64,000 nt of DNA from Octopus sinensis. Its lineage: Eukaryota. Each line of letters begins with the position of its first letter. The stretch's first letter is position 1. The position numbers were made by a program, and so were the translations under genes. The stretch covers positions 51,708,001-51,772,000 of the forward strand of contig NC_043010.1 of assembly GCF_006345805.1 (NCBI RefSeq), given 5' to 3'. This document shows positions 52,440 through 64,000 of the stretch, piece after piece. Below the pieces are notes generated by a model. It saw only the letters and a list, made by a program, of their open reading frames with translations, searched no databases and had not been told where the DNA came from.

Positions 52440-53230
52440 TTTCCAGATCCTTGAGAAAGCCTTTCCCTCACAGCATAGGTACTATAACATTTTCAACAGA
52501 AATACTATCAAGCTGTCCTACTCTGTCATGCCCAACATGGCTAGTATTATAGCTGTATTCAATGGGTTGAAACTTGCTAAGTATAATGCATAAACCCCAG
52601 TCTCCACCCTAAGAGAACATGCAAGGGGAAGAACTGTAATAGGAAGGAAGAACTTACTAGGAACTCTGTAAATTTGAGTGGATTGTGACTCAACACATGC
52701 ATCCCACTATTCACTGTTACATAGAGGATGAATAATGAGCCTGTCTTCAAGACTCCTGTGGATTGTCCACTTGACAAAAAGTGCATACATACAAACATTG
52801 TATATAAAGGTGGAATGTTAATGCAAAATAGTAGAAAATTTTACATAGGTTCCACAGTTAACCCTATGAAACAAAGCATTTCTATACATAGGTAATCCTT
52901 CTCCAAACTTGGACTTACACACTCTACTTCACTCGTTGAATTTCTCCATAATTTCGACAGTTCTAAGAAACAGTCAGAGCTGGGACACATAAAGCCATTC
53001 TGGAAAGATAGGCATCCTTGCAGTTTACGTATGAAGAAGAGTTTGGTGATTGTATTAGTTAATAGTAAACATCTTCTCAATAAATGTCAGGCATGGCTGT
53101 AACAACAAACAAGATGAGGACACATATCCGTCCAATATAAGTAATGTAAATAACTCCAAAGGCTTCTGTACACTTAATACATTTACATTAAACCCCTCCC
53201 TTCTATTTGAACACTTGTGTCTTGTATGCC
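52440..53230 (+). mobile_element. Penelope-like retroelement remnant (RT C-terminus / GIY-YIG endonuclease)
   Basis: Translates to KAFPSQHRYYNIFNRNTIKLSYSVMPNMASII, then CPLDKKCIHTNIVYK...KFYIGST, with stops and frameshifts. Confidence 0.8.
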
Positions 53231-54453
53231 GACACATGAAACCCTTTTTCATCCTATGCACTTATGTGCATGCCCCAGCTGTACTTGTGTTGGCATGTGT
53301 GATTTTTGTGGAGTGCCGAATTATAGCAGTACAAGGAACAATGAGATGTATGATGATGGATTATGTGGTGCATCCACAAAACCAAACCCTGTTCAGTCAA
53401 AATATGGCACAACACCTGGAACAATACAGACAAACACACACATACACACTTATAGACTCACGCACATACATGATTAGTATCTGACAAAATCATCTTCATC
53501 AACACTACCATCACCACCACCACCACCACCATCATCAATATTATCATCGACATCATCGTCATCGTCATCATCATCATCATCATCATCACATCATCATCAT
53601 CATCATCGTCATCATCATCATCATCATCATCCTCACTACCATTATTATACTTAACACTATAATCCTTATTCCTTTCATCGACACTATTCTCACCCCATCA
53701 CATCATCACCAATCATCATCATTCCTGATCCATCATTACTACGAACCATCATCATCATCATCATCATCATTATCATTATCACCACAAACAGCATCATTAT
53801 TAAGGTGGCGAGCTGGCAGAAACGTTAGCACGCAGGGCAAAATGCTTAGCGGTAGTTATTTCATCTGTCTTTACGTTCTGAGTTCAAGTTCCACCAAGGT
53901 CGACTTTCCCTTTCATCCTTTCGGGGTCAATAAATTAAGTACCAGTTGTGTACTGTAGTCAATCTAATCGACTGCCCCACCTCCCCCAAAATTTCAGGCA
54001 TTGCGCCTAGAATAGAAAGTTAAACACCATCATTATCGTTGCCAACGTAAATATTCTCACAATAACCAGTATCATGATCATCAGCATGGTATATATTCAT
54101 TACACTCTATCACACTGTATTATGGTGCACTGCAGTTAAATATGGGTCAATCGATGTGTTTTGCTTTATTTTCATACTATATTCTACAAGTGCAGGCATG
54201 GCTGTGTGGTTAGGAAGCTTGCTTGTCAACCACAAGGCTTCAGGTTCAGTCCCACTGCATGGCACCTTGGGAAAGTGTCTTCTGCTATAGCCCTGTGCCG
54301 TAAATAGAAACTGGAAGGAGCTTGTGTGTGTTTTACTGTCTCGTTGCTTTGACATCCTGTGATATCTGAAATATTACCTCATCTGCAAACAGGTGAGGGT
54401 TGAGGACAAGAAAGGCATCAGACCATAGAAAATCTGCCTCACCAAAATTTTTC

Positions 54454-54872
54454 CAGGAGTGGGTGTGTGGTAAGTAGCTTGCTTACGAACCACATGGTTC
54501 CTGGTTCGGTCCCACTGCGTGGCACCTTGGGCAAGTGTCTTCTTCTATAACCTCGGGCCAACCAAAGCCTTGTGAGTGGATTTGGTAGACGGAAACTGAA
54601 AGAAGCCCGTCGTATATATATATATATATATGTGTATATGTATGTATGTATGTGTGTGCGTGTGTATGTTTGTGTCTGTGTTGCCCCCCCCCCCAACATT
54701 GCTTGACAACCAATGCTGGTGTGTTTACGTGCCTGTAACTTAGTGGTTCAGCGAAAGAGACCGATAAAATAAGTACTAGGCTTACAAAGAATAAGTCCTG
54801 GGGTCGATTTGCTCGACTAAAGGTGATGCTCCAGCATGGCCACAGTCAAATGACTGAAACAAGTAAAAGAGT
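54454..54872 (+). mobile_element. SINE family A
   Basis: Full-length copy. Confidence 0.88.
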
Positions 54873-55196
54873 ATTCACATTGGCTTAAAGTTCCAGACAG
54901 AAAGATTTACAACCTCTATCTTAAATATGTTGTACTCATCTCAGGTTTTCTAATACATGCAGTGTTGTGCCTGCATATCTGTTAATTATTTAATCAAGTT
55001 CATGCATGTGCCTATACGAATGGTTACATTCTGAGTTTTGCATGAAAAATAAAACCCACATTAATTGAGAAACAGATAATGGTTATTGACAGGAAGAGCA
55101 TCCAGCTGTTAAACAGAACCTCAATAATATGCTAGCATGGAAAAACATGAACATAAATAAGCAAACGAATAGGCATATATATATATATATATATAT

Positions 55197-55492
55197 ATAA
55201 GTAAATAAATGGAGTTGAATGCAGATGTTATTAAAATTCTTTTACTTTCGACATATGTTTCGAAGACAAGTATTTTTTTTAAATACTTAATAACGTTCTG
55301 TTTATCATTTATGTAGCCATCATAATTGTTATAATGTCTTATTGTTGAGATAGGCTCTCTTTCTTTCCTGATGAGAAGATTGCATTTTACACCGTTTATT
55401 CCTTTGGAATAAAACCAATGTTGTCTTCGAAACATATGGCGAAAGTAAAAGAATTTTAATAACATCTGTGTTCAACTCCATTTATTTACTTA
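55197..55492. repeat. Inverted-repeat element carrying the 55363-55445 hammerhead
   Basis: About 70-bp arms 55201-55269 and 55421-55489. Confidence 0.85.
55363..55445 (+). ncRNA. Type I hammerhead ribozyme motif; U16.1>G in this copy
   Basis: ctttc CTGATGA gaagat..(42 nt)..gtcttc GAAA C ATAT G G C gaaag. Stem I 5 bp, stem II 6 bp plus extension, stem III ACATATG(T). The inverted copy at 55245-55269 keeps GTC. Confidence 0.75.
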
Positions 55493-55646
55493 TACTACAC
55501 ACATTACTGCACATTAACCCAGAGTTTCTACCTTTGAATAGGTCACTTCATCTGTGTTACTTGCGTGAATTTTGCTACCCTGGTAACTGTTTATTGAATT
55601 TTCCATGTTAATGGTAAACAAAGGATAATTCATTCATCCATTTATA

Positions 55647-55688
<42 letters not shown>

Positions 55689-56258
55689 TATATATTGAGA
55701 CCCCCTTCGGTCATGACTGACCGTAGGATTGCACCTAGAAAGTTACCCTCCCAGGCACAAGTGCAGGCAAAGTTGTTTTTATAGAAGACCAGCAGTCGCC
55801 CATGCATACTGGTCTCCCTTCTCCATGCCACCAGTGTTATCCAAGGGAAAGGCAAAGGGGCCGATACAGCTTGGCACCTGTGACATCGCAACTCATTTCT
55901 ACAGCTGAGTGGACTGAAGCAACATGACATAAAGTGTCTTGCTGAAGAACACAACACGCAGTCTAGTCTGGGATTCAAACTCACAACCTCACAATCGTAA
56001 ACTCGACACTCTAAACCATTGAGCCACGCACCTTCACTATATATATATATATATATATATATGAGTGAAAAAGATAGATCTGTGTGTGTTTGAGTATATA
56101 GCTATAGAAATATATATATATATCTGTTTAATATTTATGTGTGTGTGTGTGTATGTCATGTCATGTGTGTGTGGAGGTGTATGTCTTGTGAGAAGTACCG
56201 GCTACTTTTACAGGTGCAGATGTAGCATAAATTACTATATTATGTGCATCATACATTT

Positions 56259-56290
<32 letters not shown>

Positions 56291-56539
56291 GTAGATACAT
56301 GGATAGGTAGACAGACAGACATACAACATACATACATACATATACACACACATATACACACACGCACACATGTAGACGTATGGTCATAGTTCCTATCCAC
56401 ACACACACTCACACACACCTATCTTCTCACAGCCACCCCATTGCTACCCATTACACACAAAACATGACTCAGCAACAAAAGACAAGAGAGACCACCTCTT
56501 GCTGCTCTTCTTTCTCTCCGTCTCCCCGCCTCATACTGC

Positions 56540-56549
56540 TTCTCCTTTC

Positions 56550-56598
<49 letters not shown>

Positions 56599-57131
56599 CT
56601 TTCTCTCTCTTGTACTTTCCTTCAATTTGTCTTTCTACTATGCATGAAGAAGATGAAGAAGAAGAAGAACAAGAAGAAGAACAAGAGGAGGAAGAGGAGG
56701 AGGAGATGAAGAAGAAGAAGAAGAAGAAGAAGAAGAAGAAGAGAAGAAGAGAAGAAGAAGAAGAAGAGAAGAAGAAGAAGAAGAAGAAGGAGGTGGAGGA
56801 AGAAGAAGAAGAAGAAGAGAAGAAGAAGAAGAAGGAGAAGGAGGAGGAGGAGAGGAGGAGGAGGAGGAGGAGGGGAGATGAAAAAAAGAAGAAGAAGGAG
56901 GTGGAGGAAGAAGAAGAAGAAGAAGAAGAAGAAGAGAAGAAGAAGAAGAAGTGTGAAAGATGGTGGCTGCAATGGATGATGTCGACGGAGAAAGAAAGAT
57001 GAAGAAGTAAAAGATGAAGAAAACTATGACAATGACTATATGATGATGTAAAGGAAAGAGAGACAGAAAAGAAAGAACGAAATAACAAACCACATAAGAA
57101 ACTCAAACTACCACCACTACTACTACTACTA

Positions 57132-57166
<35 letters not shown>

Positions 57167-57565
57167 ATAATAATAATAATAATAATGATAATAATAATAA
57201 TAATGATAATAATGCCACCACTGCTGCTCTATTACTACATCTGTTACCATTAATATTACTAGTATTACCACAACTACCATCACCCCACCACTACCACTAC
57301 CTGCCGGACCACAATTAGCATTACTAATACTACTACTAGTACAACCGCAACAACGACAACAATTCTAAAAGATATCAGAAGATGAGAGTTGAGGGGTGCC
57401 GGGGAGTGGGGGTGAGGAGAAGGAAATGCCATTAAAAGGAAAGAAGGAAGTGAAGAAGAAAGGGGAAAAAAAGGGAAAGAATAGAAGAGAAGAGAAAACA
57501 AAACTATAAAAAAAAAACTACAAAAGCCTATATAAGCCCCAGACAGTTTAAGACAAAAGTGGTGG

Positions 57566-57596
<31 letters not shown>

Positions 57597-58585
57597 AATG
57601 GTGGTGGTGGTCATGGTGGCGACACAGCTGGTTGAGATGAAAATGGTGCTGTTATTGTTGCTGCTGCTGCTGGTGATGATGGTGATGATGGCAATGATGG
57701 TGGTGGTGGTGGTGGTGGTGGTGGCCATGGTGTTAGTGGTGGTGATGACAGTGACAACACAGCTGGTTGGGATGACGCTAATGGTACTGCTGCTGATGAT
57801 GACAATGATGATGATGGTGATGGTGATGATGACAATGATGATGATGGTGATGGTGATGGTGATGCCGTTGATGATGCTGATGATGATGACGACAAATGAT
57901 TGGGGATTATAATGATGACAATAGTTATGATGATGACGCTGCCGACGCCGAAGGTTGGTGATGATAATGATCTTTATGATGACGGCAACAGCAACAAGAA
58001 GAATAACGGTGGTGGGGAAAGCTCGTGATGGTAGTGGTGGTGGTGGTGGTGGTGGTGGTGACAAGTAACAGGTATTTTGATCTTCGTTATGATCGTGATA
58101 ACGGCAACGCTGACTGATAACGATAATTATAATGACGACGGTTTGTGACGACTGCATAGGTGATGATGGCCATGATGATGATGATGGCAATGACGACAAT
58201 TAGCATTACTAATACTACTACTAGTACACACCCGAAAGTAACACTAACACAACGTTAACAACAACAACAACAACAAACAGCACCACTGTCATCACCATCA
58301 CCACCACCACCACCATAACAACACTACCATCATCATCATCATCCTCATCATCATCATCATCATCATCATCATCAACAACAGCAACCACAATTGCACAATG
58401 CGCATCACATGATGACACTGTAAACTGCAACTGGCAAGCCATTGGTCAAACTTACATTACTAGATGATTTTTTTTTTTTTTTTGTTGCAACAACTAACAA
58501 CTTTCCCTGCTTGTTGTCATGGTGGCAAGAAAAAAAAAAAAAGTCCCATCCCATCCCACCATACCCACCCCTACCACCGCCATCG

Positions 58586-58624
<39 letters not shown>

Positions 58625-58640
58625 CCACCGCCGCCGCCGC
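56540..58640. repeat. Low-complexity tract of about 2 kb: (CT)n, (GAA/GAG)n, (TAC)n, (TAA)n, (GAT/GGT)n, (CAT)n
   Basis: Seen directly; generates spurious ORFs in all frames. Confidence 0.95.
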
Positions 58641-61533
58641 TGCCGCCACCACCACCCAACCATTCTCCCACCTGCCACCCTGGCAAGTGCACAAGGCAAA
58701 CAAACGAGCAAGCCAGCGAGGCAGACGACGGCAGCTGGTTGTACAGCTGACTGGTTAGTTGGTTGGTTGCGTTGCTTGGTTGCTTACCAATTGCTTACTG
58801 CCGTTGTTGTTGTTGTTGTTGTTGTCGTTGTTGCTATTATTTACTCCCAGGTCAACCCTGGTCGACAAGACCTGTGACCATCAAAAGCATTTCTAAACAA
58901 TGAGCAACCTGTCTTTTTTTGTTTTTTTTCTTTTAGTAATTTTTAAGATAGCACAATGCAAATAGGGTTGGTGGGTGGGTCGGGAGAAAGAAGACAAAAT
59001 CTAGCTGCTATTTCTAGAATTGCGAGCGACTGCATAGACACACTTCTTCTGACTCAACATTGCTGTAGATGTAGTCTTCAATGTCTTGCGGCCCTTGTGG
59101 CCAATAAAAGAAATCCTGATTATTGTTGTTGTAGTTGCCGCCGTTGCTTAACCCTAGATAAGCTCTAATCGAGATGATCTATGATCAAAGACATTCCAGC
59201 TGTGGCCATCCTGTCTTGTTTTCCCATCCACCCCACCTCTGTGCAAGAAACCCCGAATTACTGTATCCTACGTTTTTTTTTTTAATCTTTCCCAAAGACA
59301 CTGGTGGGTGTGATTCAAAGAAGATCTGACTACTCTTTCTAGCATATCAAATCAACTACATAAAAGTACTCCTTCCTTCATCGATTCAATAAATTGTTGT
59401 AGTTGTTGTTGCTGTTGCTGTCACAAACCCATAGCTCTATCAACCACAGTAGCAGTGAATTTCGCTTTATTGTTTTGATGACAGAGATGGCGGTGGAGGA
59501 AAAAACATTACGTCATCGATGTTGCACCTTTCTTCCTCTTTTTTGCTTATCTTCTTTCTTTCCATTCTTTTCATCTCTCCCCCCTCTTTCTCTCCCTATC
59601 TCTCACTCTCTACCTATTTTCCTTTATTCTTTGATGATGATGATGATGATCTATCTTCCTTTGCTTTTTTCTTTCTTTCTCTCTTCACTTATCATCATTC
59701 TAATGTTGTCACTCATTCATTTTTTCCTTCACTCTCTAGCTTCCTTCTCGTTATTATCTTCTTCAGCTCAATACTATATTTCTTCTTCTACAATATATTT
59801 CTTCACCTTTTTTCTCTTACACTTCCTTTCTTTCCTTCAATATTGGTTTCTTCTTTTTCAGCCTTCATTCTTTTCCAATTTCCTTCCTTCCTTCCTTTTT
59901 TTCTGTACTTCTTCCCTTCCTTTCTTTCCCTGTTTTATATTCTTCATTCTTAGCAACTTTTCTTTCTGTTATTCACTTCATTCTCAAATTTTTATAATTT
60001 CATATCTTTTCTTTGTTCTTTACAATCCTTTTGTAATTCATTCTATTTTTTCTTTCAATTTTCCTTCTCTCAGTCTTGTACTACTTCCCTTTTTTTTTTT
60101 GTACAGTTTTCTCTCCCACTCTCCTACATTCCCTTCTACCCCCATATCTAAACATCTGGTGCTTTCCTCTCACACTTATATAACTGCTTCACTCCCTCCT
60201 AATACACTGACCGTATCATCTCTTGCTTCCTGAAGGTTTTGCTCAGGCACCCCATCACTACCATCTCATCTCTTTCACAGATACATCCACCCATTCTTAT
60301 ATAACTGCTGGGTAACCAATGTATCTTCTCTTATAGTAAGACACCTCTCTTTGTCCCTGGCATTAAAAAAAAATCAACTCTTTGCCCTCTCAAACATCCC
60401 ACCATCACCATCACTCAGCCGGAGGGCCTTTCCTGTCCTGCAACTTATTTAGAACCCCCAACTAATGGGGTTAAAGTGCTGTAAAGTAGTTGGCATTAGG
60501 AAGGGCAGCTAGTTGTAGAAACCATGCCAAATCTGACATGGAGTGCAATGCAACCTTGTGGCTCACTGGATCCTGTCAAACCGTCCAACCCATGCCAGCA
60601 TGGAAAACAGACATTAAATGATGATGATGATGATGATGAGGAGGAGGAGGAGGAGGAGGAGGAGGAGGAGGATTTTTCTTTCTTTTCTGCTTTGTTTCAG
60701 TCATTTGCTCCTTTCTCCATTTTTCTACTCTTCCTTCCTCCATTTTATTTTCATTCCTTGCACAATTCTGACTTTGCTTTCTTTCCTCATACATTTCCTT
60801 CATTTCTTGCCTCTTTCCTCCCTTTATTTTCCTTTAAAAATTCCTTACCTATTCTATACCATATGTATCCCCACTTTTAGAGTTTACTTATTTCTATTTT
60901 TATGCATAAATTTATAGATCTTCATGATATACTAATGTTACAATAATTATTTTGTTTATGTCACTGATTATATTCCATAGTTAAATTTATTTCAAGTGTA
61001 ACACTAACATTTAAATATTCTGATTCTGTCTTGGATAGCATTCCATAGTTAAGGTTGTTTCAACTACAAGGCTCAAATTTGTTTCATAATGTTAAATATG
61101 TTACGTCTTTGATCATATTCCAGACTTACATTTGTTTAAAACATATTGTTTCATTGTGTCAAAGATCTCAATAATATCTTGCATTTTGTTCTGTAGTTAA
61201 GGTTGTTTCAAGCACAACACTCTAGCAAACACATTCCCTGACAAAAAGAGCATTATAAATAATAATATTTATAATTATAGATAATAATTATTTTGCACTC
61301 TCTCTATCACTAGAAATGCTGGATACAAAACATTATACAACAGGTGTAGATATAGCTGTGTGGTGAAGAAGTTTGCCTTCAAACCACATGGTTTCAGATT
61401 CAGTCTCACTGGGTTACACTTTGGATAAGGAGACACACACAACCCGAAGAAATGAATGCATGAATATGATCCACCTCATGTCTATAGATATTATGGGCTG
61501 TACTGTAATCATCCCAGAAATACAAATTATGAT

Positions 61534-61570
61534 CTGAAGAAACATGTGATTTGTGGAAACGTGCGTAGCG
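61534..61570 (+). ncRNA. Decayed hammerhead-like motif
   Basis: CTGAAGA aaca tgtgatt tgtg GAAA CGTGCG TA; 3-bp stem II, near-palindromic stem III, poor stem I. Confidence 0.25.
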
Positions 61571-61616
61571 ATGCAGTAAAATATTTATAAATTCCATCTA
61601 TGGATTACTATTATTA

Positions 61617-62030
61617 CATTTGACCGCAGCCATGCTGGAGCACCACCTTTATAGTCGAGCAAATCGACCTCAGAACTTATTCTTTGTAAGCCTAGTACTT
61701 ATTGTATCGGTCCCTTTTGCCGATCTGCTAAGTTACGGGGACATAAACACACCAGCATCGGTTGTCAAGCGATGCTGGGGGGACAAACAGACACACAAGC
61801 ATATACACACATATTTACACACACACATATTTACACACACACACACATATATATATATATACACGGTGGGCTTCTTCCAGTTTCCATCTATCAAATCCAC
61901 TCACAAGGCTTTGGTCGGCCCGAGGCTATAGTAGAAGACACTTGCCCAAGGTGCCACGCAGTGGGACTGAACCCGGGACCATGTGGTTGGTAAGCAAGCT
62001 ACTTACCACATAGCCTCTCCTGCGCCTGCA
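61617..62030 (-). mobile_element. SINE family A
   Basis: Near full-length copy. Confidence 0.88.
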
Positions 62031-62917
62031 TTTTTTTTTTTTTCAGTTACACCAATGATTCAAGCCACGTGGAAGCCTGTACATGATGGCTTGACATGGT
62101 AGAAATAACAACTAAATTTCCCTCAAATCACACTGCACTGTTTTAACTAAATACAGGATGGTCATAGGGAGAACAGATTCATAGTGAGATCATGGATTTA
62201 TTCAACCGAAGCTGACATGGGCAACTAAGCAGCGACAACAGCAACAACAACATAGTCATTTATTTATTTCAGAGCTTTGAATTCTTCCCCTCCACCAAAA
62301 AATTAAAAAAAATAAAATATAATAATAATAATAATAATAACAATAATAATAATAATAACTCCACTTGGTGAATAAAAAAAAATTGATAAAACACAGATAT
62401 AATTTTGATGTAACTGGGTTGTTTGAAACAGATGGTTTTGTAGAGAAATGGCCCCAGTTTCATGCTCTCTTTCTTGTATTGAGTGAAGAAAACTAAACAG
62501 CAGAAATGAATAACAAAAATAGATTAGAAATGAATATATAAAAAAATAAGTACCATTTTTGGTTTAAGGTTGAAAGAGCTAAGCATGTAAAGAACTCTAG
62601 TGTAACCAACCGTTTACAGAGAAGCATCTGCTTTAAGATTTCTGGTAAAACCATTAGTTTGTTGGATCTTGTCTATGCTAGATTAATTTTGAGCAAACTG
62701 GAAGTAAGATGGAAAAAAAATAAATACCATCTTGGACCATTCTCTTATATGACAGAGACGCAAATTATGAAATTTCTAAGCTGTAAATCTTGAACATTCA
62801 CAAAATTTGTATTGATTCAGTTTGACTATCCAGGTGAATATTAAGCAAAAAGTATTTTTTGTTTTCTGTTTTTTTTTTACCTGGAATGTATGCAGAAATT
62901 TTTGACAAGAATTCATA

Positions 62918-63113
62918 TAGGTGTAGGAGTGGCTGTGTGGTAAGTAGCTTGCTTACCAACCACATGGTTCCAGGTTCAGTCCCACTGCATGGCACCCTTG
63001 GGCAAGTGTCGTCTACTATAGCCTCGGGCTGACCAAAGACTTGTGAGTGGATTTGGTAGACAGAAACTGAAAGAAGCCCGTCGTATATATGCATATGTAT
63101 GTATATGTATATG

Positions 63114-63144
<31 letters not shown>

Positions 63145-63353
63145 ATATATGTTTGTGTGTCTGTGTTTGTCCCCCCAACATCGCTTAACAACTGATGCTG
63201 GTGTATTTATGTCCCCGTAACCTAGCAGTTCGGCAAAAGAGACCGGTAGAATAAGTGCTAGGCTTACAAAGAATAAGTCCTGGGGTCGATTTGCTCGACT
63301 AAAGGTGGTGCTCCAGCATGGCCACGGTCACATGACTGAAACAAGTAAAAGAG
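62918..63353 (+). mobile_element. SINE family A
   Basis: Full-length copy. Confidence 0.88.
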
Positions 63354-63359
63354 CATTGG

Positions 63360-63785
63360 GCTACAGCAAATATTCTGTTCAATACCACAGATTTGCTTGT
63401 CAGTTGTTTGACCTTAACCAGTTGAGCATGACCCTTAGTGGCTGACAATATGTGCATCTATGATCACGAGCAGAAGTAGTGTGGGAGCATCATAGCCATG
63501 TGTTGAGAGGAATTCTTTGGGGTTTGGATAATTCACCTTTGGAAACATTGGTGTTTCTTTCAACATCCTTAAATAACCCTTATTCAGGGATCTTTTGAGC
63601 AGTATGGGCTACCCAACCTGAAGAAAATTCTAACTGGGCTCCACCCACAAGGTCATGCACTGTTAATCTTGATATGAGATTACCATGTCACACACATATG
63701 GTTGTGATTCATGTGCCTGGAGTATCCTTATCAGACAGGTAGTCATGATGGGTATATTGGGCTTCGTATATTTGTACCTCAGAGC
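63360..63785. mobile_element. Unclassified interspersed repeat
   Basis: GC-richer block of about 420 bp ending in (CT)n(AAT)n; resembles an octopus repeat as I recall it; single copy here. Confidence 0.35.
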
Positions 63786-63804
63786 ATGCACTGCTCTCTC
63801 TCTC

Positions 63805-63932
<128 letters not shown>

Positions 63933-64000
63933 TAATAATAATAATAATAAAGGTGAGAATGGTAGTGGAGTTTAGGGTTATCTATATTTTTTACATGTTT

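Noticed and set aside
56499-58199. Overlapping 110-220 aa ORFs (poly-E/K, poly-S, poly-M/V)
   Set aside because: Products of trinucleotide microsatellites, open in several frames on both strands.
59403-60233. Longest ORF in the track (276 aa)
   Set aside because: F/S/L-rich translation of a CT-rich low-complexity tract; no domain, no splice context.

Overview
AT-rich, microsatellite-dense and repeat-dense eukaryotic genomic DNA. It is almost certainly octopus, judged from recalled SINE sequences and microsatellite content. The only protein-coding gene I can support lies on the minus strand: five short exons (30092-30031, 23213-23157, 18371-18317, 12437-12346, 10520-10407) with GT-AG boundaries and compatible phases. 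They splice into the N-terminal half of an extended short-chain dehydrogenase/reductase (NAD-dependent epimerase/dehydratase, resembling Drosophila CG5854 as I recall it). The start-codon exon and the 3' half were not found; candidate microexons sit at 9272-9258 and 7725-7705. The rest is intron or intergenic DNA filled with three abundant SINE-like families, decayed mariner, Gypsy, CR1, RTE, RLE-type and Penelope fragments, several MITE families and long fold-back palindromes. Almost all ORFs in the supplied track are artefacts of simple repeats or SINEs. The most interesting signal is a dispersed set of type I hammerhead-ribozyme motifs (CTGANGA, stem II, GAAA, short palindromic stem III, NUH) at about 6.15, 11.35, 43.25, 44.45, 55.4 and 61.5 kb, with variant cores at 1.55, 6.7 and 25.7-25.8 kb. 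Several lie inside inverted-repeat elements typical of Penelope-like retroelement ends. Repeat boundaries are approximate; everything was read by eye and no searches were run.
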